From Microcoleus sp. (lineage in GTDB: Bacteria > Cyanobacteriota > Cyanobacteriia > Cyanobacteriales > Microcoleaceae): a stretch of DNA of 64,000 nucleotides. Below are positions 1-10,250 of the stretch, one piece after another. The position numbers and the translations under genes were made by a program. The stretch covers positions 4,672,001 through 4,736,000 of the forward strand of contig CP181291.1 of assembly GCA_052279835.1 (NCBI GenBank). The letters run 5' to 3'. Numbering within the stretch: the first letter of the stretch is position 1; each line of letters begins with the position of its first letter. The notes below the pieces were generated by a model. That model ran no database searches. It was not told the origin of the DNA and saw nothing but the letters and a program-made list of their open reading frames with translations.

Positions 1-119
1 CAGCTAGTGAGATTTATTTGGTGACTGCGGGAGCTAATGATTGTTTGGTAAAACCGATTAAACCGCAGCAATTGCTGGAGAAAGTGGTTGGTTTAATGGC
101 TAATGGTAATGGGGCCTAG
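1..119 (+). CDS. 3' end of a receiver-domain (response regulator) protein, truncated by window edge
   Basis: Frame 3 reads ASEIYLVTAGANDCLVKPIKPQQLLEKV..*; the AGAxDxLxKP motif is typical of REC domains. Confidence 0.7.
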   Translation, partial: ASEIYLVTAGANDCLVKPIKPQQLLEKVVGLMANGNGA

Positions 120-296
120 GGAATGGAGTATGGGGCAACCCCCCCTTGGGGGCAGGGCTGTTTCATTCTGGTGACAAATCAGGGTTTTGTAGGGGTAGTG
201 GATGGTGCGTGCCTACCATCCCCATCCTCCCCATCCACTTTCTTTGCCTACCCTCCCCGTCCACTTCCTGATTCCTGCTTCCCTGTGCTTCCAGAG

Positions 297-1250
297 TTAT
301 TTGACAGCACAAATCAACCCGAAACGAATCAATCCGCTTTGATAGCCACGACTCATCAACGAGAGCGCCAGAGCCGCTTGAATGGTCGTCCAACCGCTAG
401 TCAACAAACCCCAAATCGCACTAGGAGTAAAAGCAGAATCGATCACTATATCCCAAAAAGGAGCCACAGCTTTTGACCAGTCAGCAGTGCGAATATTTTT
501 AAAAGGCAAACTGCGGGTAATTTCTTCATATTCCGGCAAAGAAATCACATAAGGTAAAGCATAAACCCGGTAAATTTCTGCCAATTCTTTTCTTTCTGCA
601 TCTGTTAATTCTCCGGCGGTTTCTCCCACTGGACGGTGACACCAAGTGGCCAAAATCAAAGTTCCCCCCGGCTTGAGGACGCGGTAACATTCCTGCAAAA
701 ATTTAATTTTATCTGGCATATGTTCGCCACTTTCTAGGGACCAAACCAAATCGAAGGAGTTGTCAGGAAAAGGCATATTCAAAGCATCTGCCACCAAAAA
801 ATTGACATTGCTTTCGAGCCCAGCAATTTTAGCCCGTTCCTTGGCTCTGTTGGCTTGTACTGGACTCAGAGTAATGCCGGTAGCTGTAATCCTGGTTTCC
901 GTTTTACTTTGTCCAGGCGATCGACTAAAATTGCGATCGACCTCATCATCTAACCTAAAATTATTTCCAGCTACAGAACTAAACTTTTCGGTCAAATACA
1001 GCGTACTGCCACCGATGCCGCAGCCGACATCTAGAATGCTGTAAGGTTCAGACAGTTGGGTCTCTGATGGTGCTGCTGCCCAGTCAAGCAGTTCTTCAAT
1101 CAAATCTATCTGAGCTTGTCGGCGTTCTTTCTTTAAGTTTCCATCCGGGCCGTAGTAACCGTGGTGCATATGTTCGCCCCACACCTGTTCCCACAGACCG
1201 CTAGAAGCGTCATAAAATTGCTGAATTTGCTGGTAAAGTGTTGATGTCAT
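297..1250 (-). CDS. Gamma-tocopherol methyltransferase-like SAM methyltransferase
   Basis: WGEHMHHGYY, LDVGCGIGGS SAM motif, WSLESGEHMPDK, LATWCHR. Confidence 0.85.
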   Translation of the reverse strand: MTSTLYQQIQQFYDASSGLWEQVWGEHMHHGYYGPDGNLKKERRQAQIDLIEELLDWAAAPSETQLSEPYSILDVGCGIGGSTLYLTEKFSSVAGNNFRLDDEVDRNFSRSPGQSKTETRITATGITLSPVQANRAKERAKIAGLESNVNFLVADALNMPFPDNSFDLVWSLESGEHMPDKIKFLQECYRVLKPGGTLILATWCHRPVGETAGELTDAERKELAEIYRVYALPYVISLPEYEEITRSLPFKNIRTADWSKAVAPFWDIVIDSAFTPSAIWGLLTSGWTTIQAALALSLMSRGYQSGLIRFGLICAVK

Positions 1251-1408
1251 CGCACGATCGCAAGTTATTAAAAAAATTCTACCGTTCTTTTGCCATTCTT
1301 GTCATCTTTTGCAATTTAAGTTCCATCGGTCGAACTTATTCGATAGCTGGAACTCTAGGCAGAATGTTTTAAATTTCAACCAACGTTCAATCTCAAATCT
1401 CAAATCGA

Positions 1409-2743
1409 ATGACTGTCTCGCGAACTATTTGCTTGGGTTTTATAGCCGTCATTGCCCTCGGTGCTCTGTTATTATTGATGCCTTTCTCCACAAGTGACGG
1501 AACTTGGAGCGACCCCATCACTGCACTCTTTACTTCTACTTCTGCTGTCTGCGTCACGGGCTTATCAGTGGTAGATGTGGGGAAATATTACTCTTTTTGG
1601 GGCCAACTCTGCCTGGTTTTTTTAGTGCAAATAGGTGGTTTAGGCTATATGACAGCCACTACTTTCTTACTGCTCTTACTCGGTCGCCGATTTGGATTGA
1701 AAGACAAAATTGCTCTCCAACAATCCCTTGACAAATCAGGTCTAGATGGTGTAGTGCAACTGGTACAGTCAATTTTAGCAACAACCATATTGTTTGAACT
1801 AACAGGTGTGTTTTTGTTGATGTTAGTTTTTGTACCGCAATTTGGATTTAAGGAGGGTCTGTGGTCGGCTGTTTTTCACAGCATTAATGCCTTTAACAAT
1901 GCGGGTTTTAGCCTCTATTCAGACAATTTAATCGGCTATAGGGGTTCGCCTATAATCAACCTTACCATTGGTGGTTTGATTATTTTTGGAGGCATTGGCT
2001 ATCAGGTAATTATGGAAATTTACCTGTGGGTGCGCGCTCGATTCAATAAAAGTCCAATCTGCACAGTTTTTTCCCTAAATTTTAAAGTCGTTACCAGCAC
2101 AACGGCTATCCTGATAATTTTAGGAACACTCGCATTTTTGGTGATGGAATACCACAATCCAGAAACTCTCGGTCCCCTCAGTTTTGCTCAAAAAGTTATG
2201 GCTGCTTGGTTTCAATCTGTGACTCCTCGCACGGCGGGATTTAATACAATTGACATTGGCAAAATGAGTGAAACATCACTATTTTTGACTATTGCCCTGA
2301 TGTTTGTTGGTGCTAGTCCCGGCAGCACGGGTGGGGGGATCAAAACCACAACTTTTAGGATCTTGTTTAGCTGTACCGCAGCAGTTCTAGAAGGAAAGGA
2401 GCAGGTGGAGTGTTATCAGCGCCAAATCCCGATAGCACTGATTCTCAAGACTATTAGCGTGGTGTTTGGCTCCCTGATGGTGGTGATAGTATCTGCAACT
2501 TTAGTTGAGCTGGTTAATCCCGAACTAGAATTTATTCAGGTGCTATTTGAGGCAGTGTCAGCTTTTGCGACGGTGGGACTTTCTACGGGGATTACTGCGA
2601 AGATTTCGGCGATCGGCAAGTTGATCCTGATTGCTACTATGTACATAGGTAGGGTTGGCGTGTTGCTGCTGATGAGTGCGGCCGTTGGCGATCCGAAACC
2701 CACCACTTTTAAATATCCCGAAGAAAGTTTGTTAGTGGGATAG
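1409..2743 (+). CDS. ktrB: Ktr/Trk K+ uptake membrane subunit
   Basis: SAVCVTGL, AFNNAGF, TPRTAGF, SAFATVGLS pore loops; STGGGIK. Confidence 0.93.
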   Translation: MTVSRTICLGFIAVIALGALLLLMPFSTSDGTWSDPITALFTSTSAVCVTGLSVVDVGKYYSFWGQLCLVFLVQIGGLGYMTATTFLLLLLGRRFGLKDKIALQQSLDKSGLDGVVQLVQSILATTILFELTGVFLLMLVFVPQFGFKEGLWSAVFHSINAFNNAGFSLYSDNLIGYRGSPIINLTIGGLIIFGGIGYQVIMEIYLWVRARFNKSPICTVFSLNFKVVTSTTAILIILGTLAFLVMEYHNPETLGPLSFAQKVMAAWFQSVTPRTAGFNTIDIGKMSETSLFLTIALMFVGASPGSTGGGIKTTTFRILFSCTAAVLEGKEQVECYQRQIPIALILKTISVVFGSLMVVIVSATLVELVNPELEFIQVLFEAVSAFATVGLSTGITAKISAIGKLILIATMYIGRVGVLLLMSAAVGDPKPTTFKYPEESLLVG

Positions 2744-2890
2744 TCGCATCTTGCCTTGTTGCCGATCGTCTAAACAATGGGCAACTGCTCAAATTAACTT
2801 TCAACACACACCAAGAATTCAACGTTTAGGTTTTGCTCTGTTACCGGGCGGGCAGATTCTATGAAATTTTGAAAATTAGGAGACTTAGTT

Positions 2891-3598
2891 TTGAATATCA
2901 ACGTAAACCTGTCATCTTTAAACTTTTTTCGCAGTTTGCGCGCTGAAAACAAGCAGTTTGCAGTTATTGGTTTGGGACGCTTCGGCAATGCTGTGTGTTC
3001 GACTTTGCACAGTTTAGGCTATGAAGTCTTGGGGGTTGATAGCGATGAAAAAAAAGTGACTCAAGCTTTGAGCGATCGCATTGCTGCTCATATTGTACAG
3101 TTAGATTCTACCGAGCCTACGGCTCTTAAGGAAGCAGGTCTATTTGAATTTGATACAGTGATTGTGGCGATCGGCAATTACTTAGCAGCAAGTATCACCA
3201 CAACCCTAAATCTTAAGGAAGGCGGGGTAACTAATGTCATAGCTAAAGCTTCTTCGGAAACTCACTTAAAAATTCTCAAAAAAGTCGGGGCAGATCATGT
3301 GGTTTTTCCCGAACGAGAAATGGGCTACTCTTTGGCACGTACTCTGACAAAACCCAGTATTTTAGAGCGCTTCGACCTCGATCCCGATCACAGTATAGTA
3401 GAGTTGCTCGTTCCTGAAAAATTTGATGGCAAAACCATCGCGGAGTTGGAACTCCGTCGCAAATACGGTTTGAATTTGCTAGCTGTGGGGCGAAATGACA
3501 AGTTTGAAATTAATCCGCAGCCCAATGAACGTTTGAAACAGGGTGAGGCGATGGTGGTAATTGGTTCTAATAAAGATATCAATCGCTTGCCAATTTAA
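2891..3598 (+). CDS. ktrA: Ktr/Trk K+ uptake RCK regulatory subunit
   Basis: VIGLGRFG Rossmann motif, VVFPEREMG, TrkA_C; follows ktrB. Confidence 0.92.
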   Translation: MNINVNLSSLNFFRSLRAENKQFAVIGLGRFGNAVCSTLHSLGYEVLGVDSDEKKVTQALSDRIAAHIVQLDSTEPTALKEAGLFEFDTVIVAIGNYLAASITTTLNLKEGGVTNVIAKASSETHLKILKKVGADHVVFPEREMGYSLARTLTKPSILERFDLDPDHSIVELLVPEKFDGKTIAELELRRKYGLNLLAVGRNDKFEINPQPNERLKQGEAMVVIGSNKDINRLPI

Positions 3599-3715
3599 CA
3601 GCTCGCCCTGGGGACAATCTAGAGTTAACCTACTTCTAACTGAGGCTGGCTATCTGTTCACCGCGATCGCTGGTAGTCCAGCTTGGTTCAGTGATTAGTG
3701 GATAGCCACTTTGTT

Positions 3716-3958
3716 TCACTGCCGGCTCTGAAAATTCAACATATTTTGCACGTAAGCTTTGCCCCAAACTAGCACGACTAAGAACATACCGAGTTCGATC
3801 TGCCAAGGACACACCGCCATAAACCAGATTAAACAACCCATGCCAATGATGGCCGCTATAGGAGCGGGAATGCCGTCGAGGGTTCTTCTGTCAGTCCCTG
3901 TAGTAATCACCGCAGCCACTAAAAACAGAGTTAAGGGAATCAAGCAAGTTACGAGCAT
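3716..3958 (-). CDS. Small hypothetical membrane protein
   Basis: 80 aa with 2-3 hydrophobic stretches. Confidence 0.5.
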   Translation of the reverse strand: MLVTCLIPLTLFLVAAVITTGTDRRTLDGIPAPIAAIIGMGCLIWFMAVCPWQIELGMFLVVLVWGKAYVQNMLNFQSRQ

Positions 3959-4990
3959 AATTTTTTACCAACCAAAAGTTTTGTATGCGATCGACATCAC
4001 CATATTTTGACACTCCAGGGGTGTGAATGCACGCGACTTGTACGCAAAGCTGTGTAGCCTTACACAAAACTCTCATAAATCCATTATTTAACAATATCTT
4101 ATTGTTAAAGATTATATGATCAGCGATGGAGTGCCAACTTGATGCTCTTAATATTGCCCCCCAATGAACTAAAAAACATTGGCCAAAAGGCCAAATTTTC
4201 GATCGATCGCGCGATCGGGGTCCTTACAAGCTATACTGAGCGTTGCCGTCATTTACTGTAGAGCGTGAATCCGTGGGCTGGGCAATTTGGTGGGCAAACC
4301 AGAAGCAAATATAGGAAGCTCCAGGCGCGGGGGTCCTTGAGGCTCGATCGCTCAAACATGAGGTCCGATCGCCTCTGCCTCCTGACACCTGCTATCGGTC
4401 GAATAGTAGACAGTAGCGGACAACCCCTACTAACCCTGTAGAGATAGCCAGTCTCAGTTGATTAAATAACTAATCTACCTGTGGTCATAACACCCTAAAA
4501 TATTTTTCCGTTTTAGGTTCTGTCGCCCAATTTTAAAAATCCCGATCGTGTCCCCCCTCAATACGTGACCCATGGGTTTATGTGTATCTCGATTTAAGAC
4601 AACAAAAACACGGGATCGACTACGTAATTTAACTGATAACTCAACTATTTTAAACTCTCTACGCAAGTTCCCAACCACCAATATTCTTGGCTGACAATTG
4701 ATTGTAGACTCCAGTGGGCTTTAAATTGCGCCCATAACACGGTGTTTATTCGTAAGTATGAGGTACGTGAGGACTTGCACCGACCATCAAAAAACAAGTC
4801 GGCGAAAAACGAAGCAAAAATGAGTTGAGAATTGGGCGATCGCTAACCCGATTTAGTAGAATTTGTAAAGACGAGGTAAAGTCTTGATGAAGAATCTGTC
4901 AAAAGCGATCGGAAGTAGCAACAAAATCCAAAAACTATCTCATAATTAAATTATTACGAACATCGTCACTAAACAAAAGAGCAAAAAGTT

Positions 4991-5692
4991 ATGAACACCA
5001 AACTCCTGTCAGCTTTAACTGCCACCGCTGCGGCCACCGCTTTATTGGGTGCATCCGCTCCCGCCCAAGCCTTCTCCTTTGGCACCAACGGCATCACCTT
5101 CGGACAAAATCAAGATGTCCAATTTAATTTCAAAGAATCTCACGGGGCTTTCACTTCCTCTTTGGGCATCTACGAAGTCAACGGCTTCTCACTCTCTAAA
5201 GTTGCCGACTTGTTTTCGGAAACTAAATCCTCAGACGACGGCAGCGTTAACGAATGGAAAGGAACACTGGGCAATACAGTCCTGGGTTCTGGTTCCTCAG
5301 TCTTCACCTTCCTAGCCAATAAAGTTTACACCTTGGGACTCTCCAGCGATAACGGCATGGTCTACTCCACATCGGGTCTGAACCTGAACGTCGCCTATAC
5401 CGGCAGCCAGCAAGCCGTGTTTGGTCCCTCATCCCTGTGGAACGCACTCGGCAAAGACACAACCTCTGCATTCCAAGCCGCTGGGTCTTACACAGATGGA
5501 ATAGGTTCTCTGTTTAACGGAGGCACATTAATCTCCTTCGACGATCGCGGTGGCGGCAACGACACAGACTTCCAAGACTTCACCGTGAGCGCCGAAGCAG
5601 TCCCCGAACCAATGACAATGACTGGTTTAGCTCTCGGTTTCGGTGGCTTGATTGCCGCCCGTCGCCGTCGCGCCAGCAAAACTGTTTCCTAG
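4991..5692 (+). CDS. Secreted PEP-CTERM sorting domain protein (DUF4114-like C-terminal domain)
   Basis: Signal peptide ending PAQA; FDDRGGGNDTDFQD; VPEP + TM + RRRR tail. Confidence 0.9.
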   Translation: MNTKLLSALTATAAATALLGASAPAQAFSFGTNGITFGQNQDVQFNFKESHGAFTSSLGIYEVNGFSLSKVADLFSETKSSDDGSVNEWKGTLGNTVLGSGSSVFTFLANKVYTLGLSSDNGMVYSTSGLNLNVAYTGSQQAVFGPSSLWNALGKDTTSAFQAAGSYTDGIGSLFNGGTLISFDDRGGGNDTDFQDFTVSAEAVPEPMTMTGLALGFGGLIAARRRRASKTVS

Positions 5693-5743
5693 TATTTACC
5701 AGTTACCTGATAAATAAATTCGGAAAAATTTAATAAGCTTTGC

Positions 5744-5775
5744 AGGCGTGCTGATGGGACATCAGCTCGCCTTTT
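5744..5775 (+). terminator. Intrinsic terminator between convergent PEP-CTERM gene and tldD
   Basis: AGGCGTGCTGATG-GGA-CATCAGCTCGCCT hairpin followed by TTT. Confidence 0.7.
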
Positions 5776-5801
5776 GCTATGGGAAAGCAAGACAATGGAA
5801 A

Positions 5802-7208
5802 TTAGTCCTCCTCAGCAGCTTCGCCACCGACAACAACATTGCGAATCCGCAAACTAGGGCCGCCGCAGCCCACGGGTAAACCGCTTTGTCCACCCTTTCC
5901 ACAGCCGCCGGATTCATCCCAATAAAAATCGTCGCCGATCGCCTCAATGTCAGCTAAAGTGCTGAAAACATTACCAGAAAGAGTGACATCCCTTACTGGT
6001 TCGGCTAATTTGCCATGGCGAATCATCCAAGCTTCCCCAGCACCAAAGGTAAACATTTCACCGTTAGTCATGCCACCTTGCCAATTCCGTGCATACACAC
6101 CTTCTGTGATGCCGGAAAATAAATCAGCCACCGGTGTCGTACCCCGTTCGATCCAAGTATTAGTCATGCGGACGATCGGCGGATAATGATAATCCAAACA
6201 GCGAGCGTTCCCAGTCGGTACTTCTCCCAATTTGCCAGCAGTTTCGCGGGAGTGCAGCCTTCCGACTAAAGCACCATCCTTAATTAACTGAGTAGTAGTA
6301 GCCGGAGTGCCTTCATCGTCGTAGAAATAACTACCCCGGTGTCCCCCAGGTGCTGCGCCGTCAAAAATTTGCAACTCTTTTGGGCCGAATTGGCGGCCGA
6401 GGGTCATTACCTCCATGATGTCGGGATTTTCGTAGGCCATGTCAGCTTCCGAGAGGTGGCCGAAGGCTTCGTGGACGAATAATCCGGTCAGAATTGGGTC
6501 AATAACCACCGTGTAGGTGTTGCCACAGACGGGGGGTAAGGCTAGGGAATCTACAGCTCTCTGGGCGGCGCTGCGAACTTGAACATCGAGATCGATTAAG
6601 TCTTCGTAAGCTTTGCGGGAACCGGTGGTTTCGCGGCCGGTTTGTACGGTTTCCCCGCTGCGGGCTGTAGCGGCAAAACGCATTTCCATATCTGCCCAAC
6701 CTTGTTCGAGCATTGTGCCTTCGGAGGTGGCGAGGATGATGCGCTGGGTGCTGTCGCCGTAGCGGACGGAGATGGTGGCGATGCGTGGGTCAATGCTGCG
6801 CAGAATTGCCGCGTAGCGATCGCACAATTGCTTTTTTTCGATCAGGGGAACCAGACGGGGGTCTGTTCCAGTCAGCGGTAGGAAGCAAATATCCTGTACG
6901 GGGGTGACAGGTGCCAGAATTGTTTCTGACTCGCCGATCAGTTTGGCGGAGGCGATGGCTTCTTCAATTCTGTCGGCGAGGGTGGAAAGTCGGTTAAAAC
7001 TAGCAAAGCCCCAGCCGCCTTTGTGACAAGCTCGAACTTGGCCACCAATGGAAATTCCTTCACTCAGGGTTTCAATTTTTTCACCCCGCAGCAGGATGTC
7101 GGTACCTTCGGCTTCTTCTAGGCGAATTGCTAGATAATCTACCTGGTTGCGGTAGCGTGCCATTAAGTCGGACAGCAGATTTTTTGAGTCAGCAATCGAG
7201 GTGGGCAT
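5802..7208 (-). CDS. tldD: TldD/PmbA family metalloprotease (TldD type)
   Basis: HEAFGHLSEAD, YDDEG, RMTNT, GCGKGGQ. Confidence 0.88.
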   Translation of the reverse strand: MPTSIADSKNLLSDLMARYRNQVDYLAIRLEEAEGTDILLRGEKIETLSEGISIGGQVRACHKGGWGFASFNRLSTLADRIEEAIASAKLIGESETILAPVTPVQDICFLPLTGTDPRLVPLIEKKQLCDRYAAILRSIDPRIATISVRYGDSTQRIILATSEGTMLEQGWADMEMRFAATARSGETVQTGRETTGSRKAYEDLIDLDVQVRSAAQRAVDSLALPPVCGNTYTVVIDPILTGLFVHEAFGHLSEADMAYENPDIMEVMTLGRQFGPKELQIFDGAAPGGHRGSYFYDDEGTPATTTQLIKDGALVGRLHSRETAGKLGEVPTGNARCLDYHYPPIVRMTNTWIERGTTPVADLFSGITEGVYARNWQGGMTNGEMFTFGAGEAWMIRHGKLAEPVRDVTLSGNVFSTLADIEAIGDDFYWDESGGCGKGGQSGLPVGCGGPSLRIRNVVVGGEAAEED

Positions 7209-7486
7209 GAGGAAAGCAGGTGATTAACTGCATCTATTTTGCACTTTTGCCAGGGCGATCGGTTTAATTGAGCCAAAATATCAGCCCTAGCGCGGAGATT
7301 GCGGCTTACTTGGTACGGTTGTGCCAATATCGGGAATTGACAAAGGTAGATATGCTGTGAGTCAGGAGGGAAAGGCAAAAATTTAACGCAATTTGTTAAT
7401 CCTTGTGGTGCCTCAATCCTAACTCCTGAACTTTCAAATTAAATAAATACTTCATCCTTCATGCCTCCGAAGGTGGATTTATAACT

Positions 7487-9103
7487 GTGAATACTTACTT
7501 TTTACCGACAATAAGCGAAATTTTAGCCGCCTCTGGCCCAGAACATGAGCTCAGTTTCTGTGATGGGAAGTTGGCGGGAGAAAACAACCGCCATCGCTGT
7601 CCAGGTAGTCGCGGGGCTTCCAGGCTGAAAGCGGAACAGGAATGGTACGGTGCGATCGCCACTTTAAATCAAATGCTTGATCGACAACAACAGGGACAAA
7701 AAACTGATTCCTGGGGAACAAATTGTCTCTCAACTGTTCCCAATTCCTGCCACGGATTAGTGCTATCGGGTCCATCTTCCGTTTTAACTAACCCAGCCGT
7801 GGCTTCCGGCTTTGCCAATTGGATTTTTACCAGTATTCCCGACAACGATGCAGCTTTGTGGTCTTTTCGGACCCGACAAACTTTAGCTTTACTGCCGGCG
7901 GGTGATGTGCAAATCTCAGGCCCGGCTGCTGCGCCTGCACTGGCTTTGGCGATGGGCGATCCTTTAGCTAACGAGCAGTTTTGTTTGGTTCTCACAGCTA
8001 GTTTTAGCTTGGTGATGGTTTTAGGCGAAAATGCTCTGGGCATTCCAGCTTTTCTATTTTCTTTCGACCCCCAAGTAGTCGCGAAAGCTTGGGAAGTTTT
8101 GCGACGCAGGGTGACTGAAAGTGAAGGTTTGCTAGGAAATTTTGACAGCGCCATCAATTTAGATGTGAGTCAATTTACTGCTCATTCTACTAAATTAGAT
8201 GCAATTTTTCAGCAGTTTTATCCGGTGGAGCCAAATTATCAAACAGTCATGCAGTTCAGTCGCTTGTTGTTGCATAATTTGCCGATTGGCAAAGAAGAAA
8301 CAGGCCGATTTAAGGAGGAAAGAATTGATGATAGTTTGAGAGACAGGCATGAAAAATTACAGGGGAAGAATCTCAACTGTAAATCTCCGATTCCTCACGC
8401 TACTAAAGAGGTGGAATTGCTACAGGCGATCGCCCACGAAGTCCGCACTCCCTTGGCTACGATTCGCACTCTCACTAGATTGTTGCTGAAACGTCCCAAA
8501 CTAGATGCCGTGGTAGTCAAGCGTTTGGAAATGATTGATGCCGAGTGTACCGCTCAGATCGATCGCTTCGGCTTGATTTTCCGGGCTGTAGAAATGGAAA
8601 TGTCTCAAGCGAAAAATTCCGGTGTACAACTAACAGCCATGTCCCTCGGTGAAGTGCTGCTTGATAGCATTCCGCGCTGGCAAAAACAAGCAAGTCAGCG
8701 GAATCATACTTTGGAAGTAATTGTCCCGAAAAAATTGCCGACAGTAGTTAGCGATCCGACTATGTTAGACCAGGTTTTAACTGGTTTGATTGAAAATTTT
8801 ACTCGCACTTTGCCATCGGGTAGTCACATTCAAGTGGGGGTAACATTGGCGGGAAATCAGTTAAAGTTGCAGTTGGAATCAGAACATTTATCTGAAGGTA
8901 ATGATACCTCAACTTTTGCCACTAAGGCTAATAGTCCTTTGCGGTCGATCGGACCTTTGTTGATGGTGCAGCCAGAAACAGGAAGTTTGAGTTTAAATTT
9001 GAGCGTGACTAAGAATTTATTCCGGGCTGCTGGGGGAAAATTGGTGATTCGCCAGCGCCCCCAAAAGGGTGAGGTGATGACGGTGTTTTTGCCTCTGCAA
9101 TAG
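7487..9103 (+). CDS. Sensor histidine kinase, Hik2/chloroplast sensor kinase-like
   Basis: AHEVRTPLATIRTL H-box, GAF-like N-terminus, atypical ATPase domain QPETGSLSLNL. Confidence 0.82.
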   Translation: MNTYFLPTISEILAASGPEHELSFCDGKLAGENNRHRCPGSRGASRLKAEQEWYGAIATLNQMLDRQQQGQKTDSWGTNCLSTVPNSCHGLVLSGPSSVLTNPAVASGFANWIFTSIPDNDAALWSFRTRQTLALLPAGDVQISGPAAAPALALAMGDPLANEQFCLVLTASFSLVMVLGENALGIPAFLFSFDPQVVAKAWEVLRRRVTESEGLLGNFDSAINLDVSQFTAHSTKLDAIFQQFYPVEPNYQTVMQFSRLLLHNLPIGKEETGRFKEERIDDSLRDRHEKLQGKNLNCKSPIPHATKEVELLQAIAHEVRTPLATIRTLTRLLLKRPKLDAVVVKRLEMIDAECTAQIDRFGLIFRAVEMEMSQAKNSGVQLTAMSLGEVLLDSIPRWQKQASQRNHTLEVIVPKKLPTVVSDPTMLDQVLTGLIENFTRTLPSGSHIQVGVTLAGNQLKLQLESEHLSEGNDTSTFATKANSPLRSIGPLLMVQPETGSLSLNLSVTKNLFRAAGGKLVIRQRPQKGEVMTVFLPLQ

Positions 9104-9120
9104 TGATTGGTTGTTAGTTA

Positions 9121-9248
9121 TAAGTAAGTCCACTTAATTAAACGTAAGATACAGGTGGCTAAAAAGCTTGCTGTATGAGCCTTCTTCCTTCTTCCTGAAT
9201 TTCCCCCCTTGGGGGGGGCAGGGGGGGGTGACTTCTTCCTTCTACTTA
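9121..9248 (+). mobile_element. MITE-like element with TAAGTA...TACTTA ends (copy 1)
   Basis: Near-identical reverse-complement copy at 24535-24658; internal CCCCCCTTGGGGGG palindrome. Confidence 0.8.
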
Positions 9249-9369
9249 CCAATTTCATCAAGTTACATATCTACCCCCCCTTACTAAGGGGGGGCTTTGA
9301 ACTACATCTGTAGTAGGACTTTATGAAAATGGTATTATGGGGGATGATGAGATTGTGGTTGAATTAAAT

Positions 9370-10149
9370 TCAATCCAGTTCTAACCAATGGTGGCAAGTC
9401 AACTGTGTACCCCCTGTTTCTACAGCAATTGCTGCGAGATAATTTGGTGCAGGAATCAGCGCTTTTAAATACCATAAATTCGGTGCTGTACGCGCGGCGA
9501 AGCTATCAGGTCGGGCATCGAACTCTACGTCCAACAGCCGTGCGGGTTCCCCTGGAGTTAGGGAAACGCTAAACCGATGGAGGGGAAAGCTCAATCCGTC
9601 TCCGATCGCCTTTATGTAAGCTTCTTTGCGAGTCCAGCAATTAAAAAATGCGGCTAATTTTTCCTCCGCTGAAACTGTCTTAAATTCTGTCTTTTCTTGG
9701 GGGGAAAAAAAACGCTCAGCAATTGACTCCATGTGGGGAACGGGACGGATTTTTTCGATATCTACTCCAATTTGGCGGCTGCGAGTCAGGGCATATAAAG
9801 CTAAGCCTTGAGAGTGAGACAAGTTAAAACTAAGTGTGCTGTCCAAATTGGCGGCTATTTCTGGCTTGCCACAGGGGCCGTAACTGAACTCGACTAGGTT
9901 GGGAGCGACTTTTAAATAGCGGCTCAGAATGGCTCTGAGCGCGCCTCTGCCAACGATAAAATGGTTTTTGTCTCGATCGAACCTAAAGCGTTCTGCCCTC
10001 TGTAATTCGCTATCACAGAGGGTTTGTGCTAACTTTTGGATCTGCGATGGGGGTCGATCGAGATTCACGCGCCAGATATGAATGTCTGTGCTCGATATTG
10101 TTAAGTCTGCGGCTGCGTTTTCCCAGATGCGATCGGCATCTGCCATCAA
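9370..10149 (-). CDS. Sfp/HetI-type 4'-phosphopantetheinyl transferase
   Basis: FNLSHS, IGVDIE, WTRKEAYIKA; divergent from the NRPS. Confidence 0.93.
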   Translation of the reverse strand: MMADADRIWENAAADLTISSTDIHIWRVNLDRPPSQIQKLAQTLCDSELQRAERFRFDRDKNHFIVGRGALRAILSRYLKVAPNLVEFSYGPCGKPEIAANLDSTLSFNLSHSQGLALYALTRSRQIGVDIEKIRPVPHMESIAERFFSPQEKTEFKTVSAEEKLAAFFNCWTRKEAYIKAIGDGLSFPLHRFSVSLTPGEPARLLDVEFDARPDSFAARTAPNLWYLKALIPAPNYLAAIAVETGGTQLTCHHWLELD

Positions 10150-10250
10150 TCTTTACCTCCTGTCGGGCAATTTTTACGATAACTTGCTATGCTTAGATAA
10201 CTTTATCAGGAGTTAGGCAGCTCGATAGTGCTATTTTAGCAATAAAACCG

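Noticed and set aside
123..476. Short ORFs overlapping real genes or repeats (this one and the many antisense ORFs in the track)
   Set aside because: No recognisable motifs; explained as shadow frames or translated repeat DNA
4290..4335. c-di-GMP-I riboswitch suggested by GGGCAAACC
   Set aside because: Lacks the GAAA-capped stem and the GACGCAAAG segment
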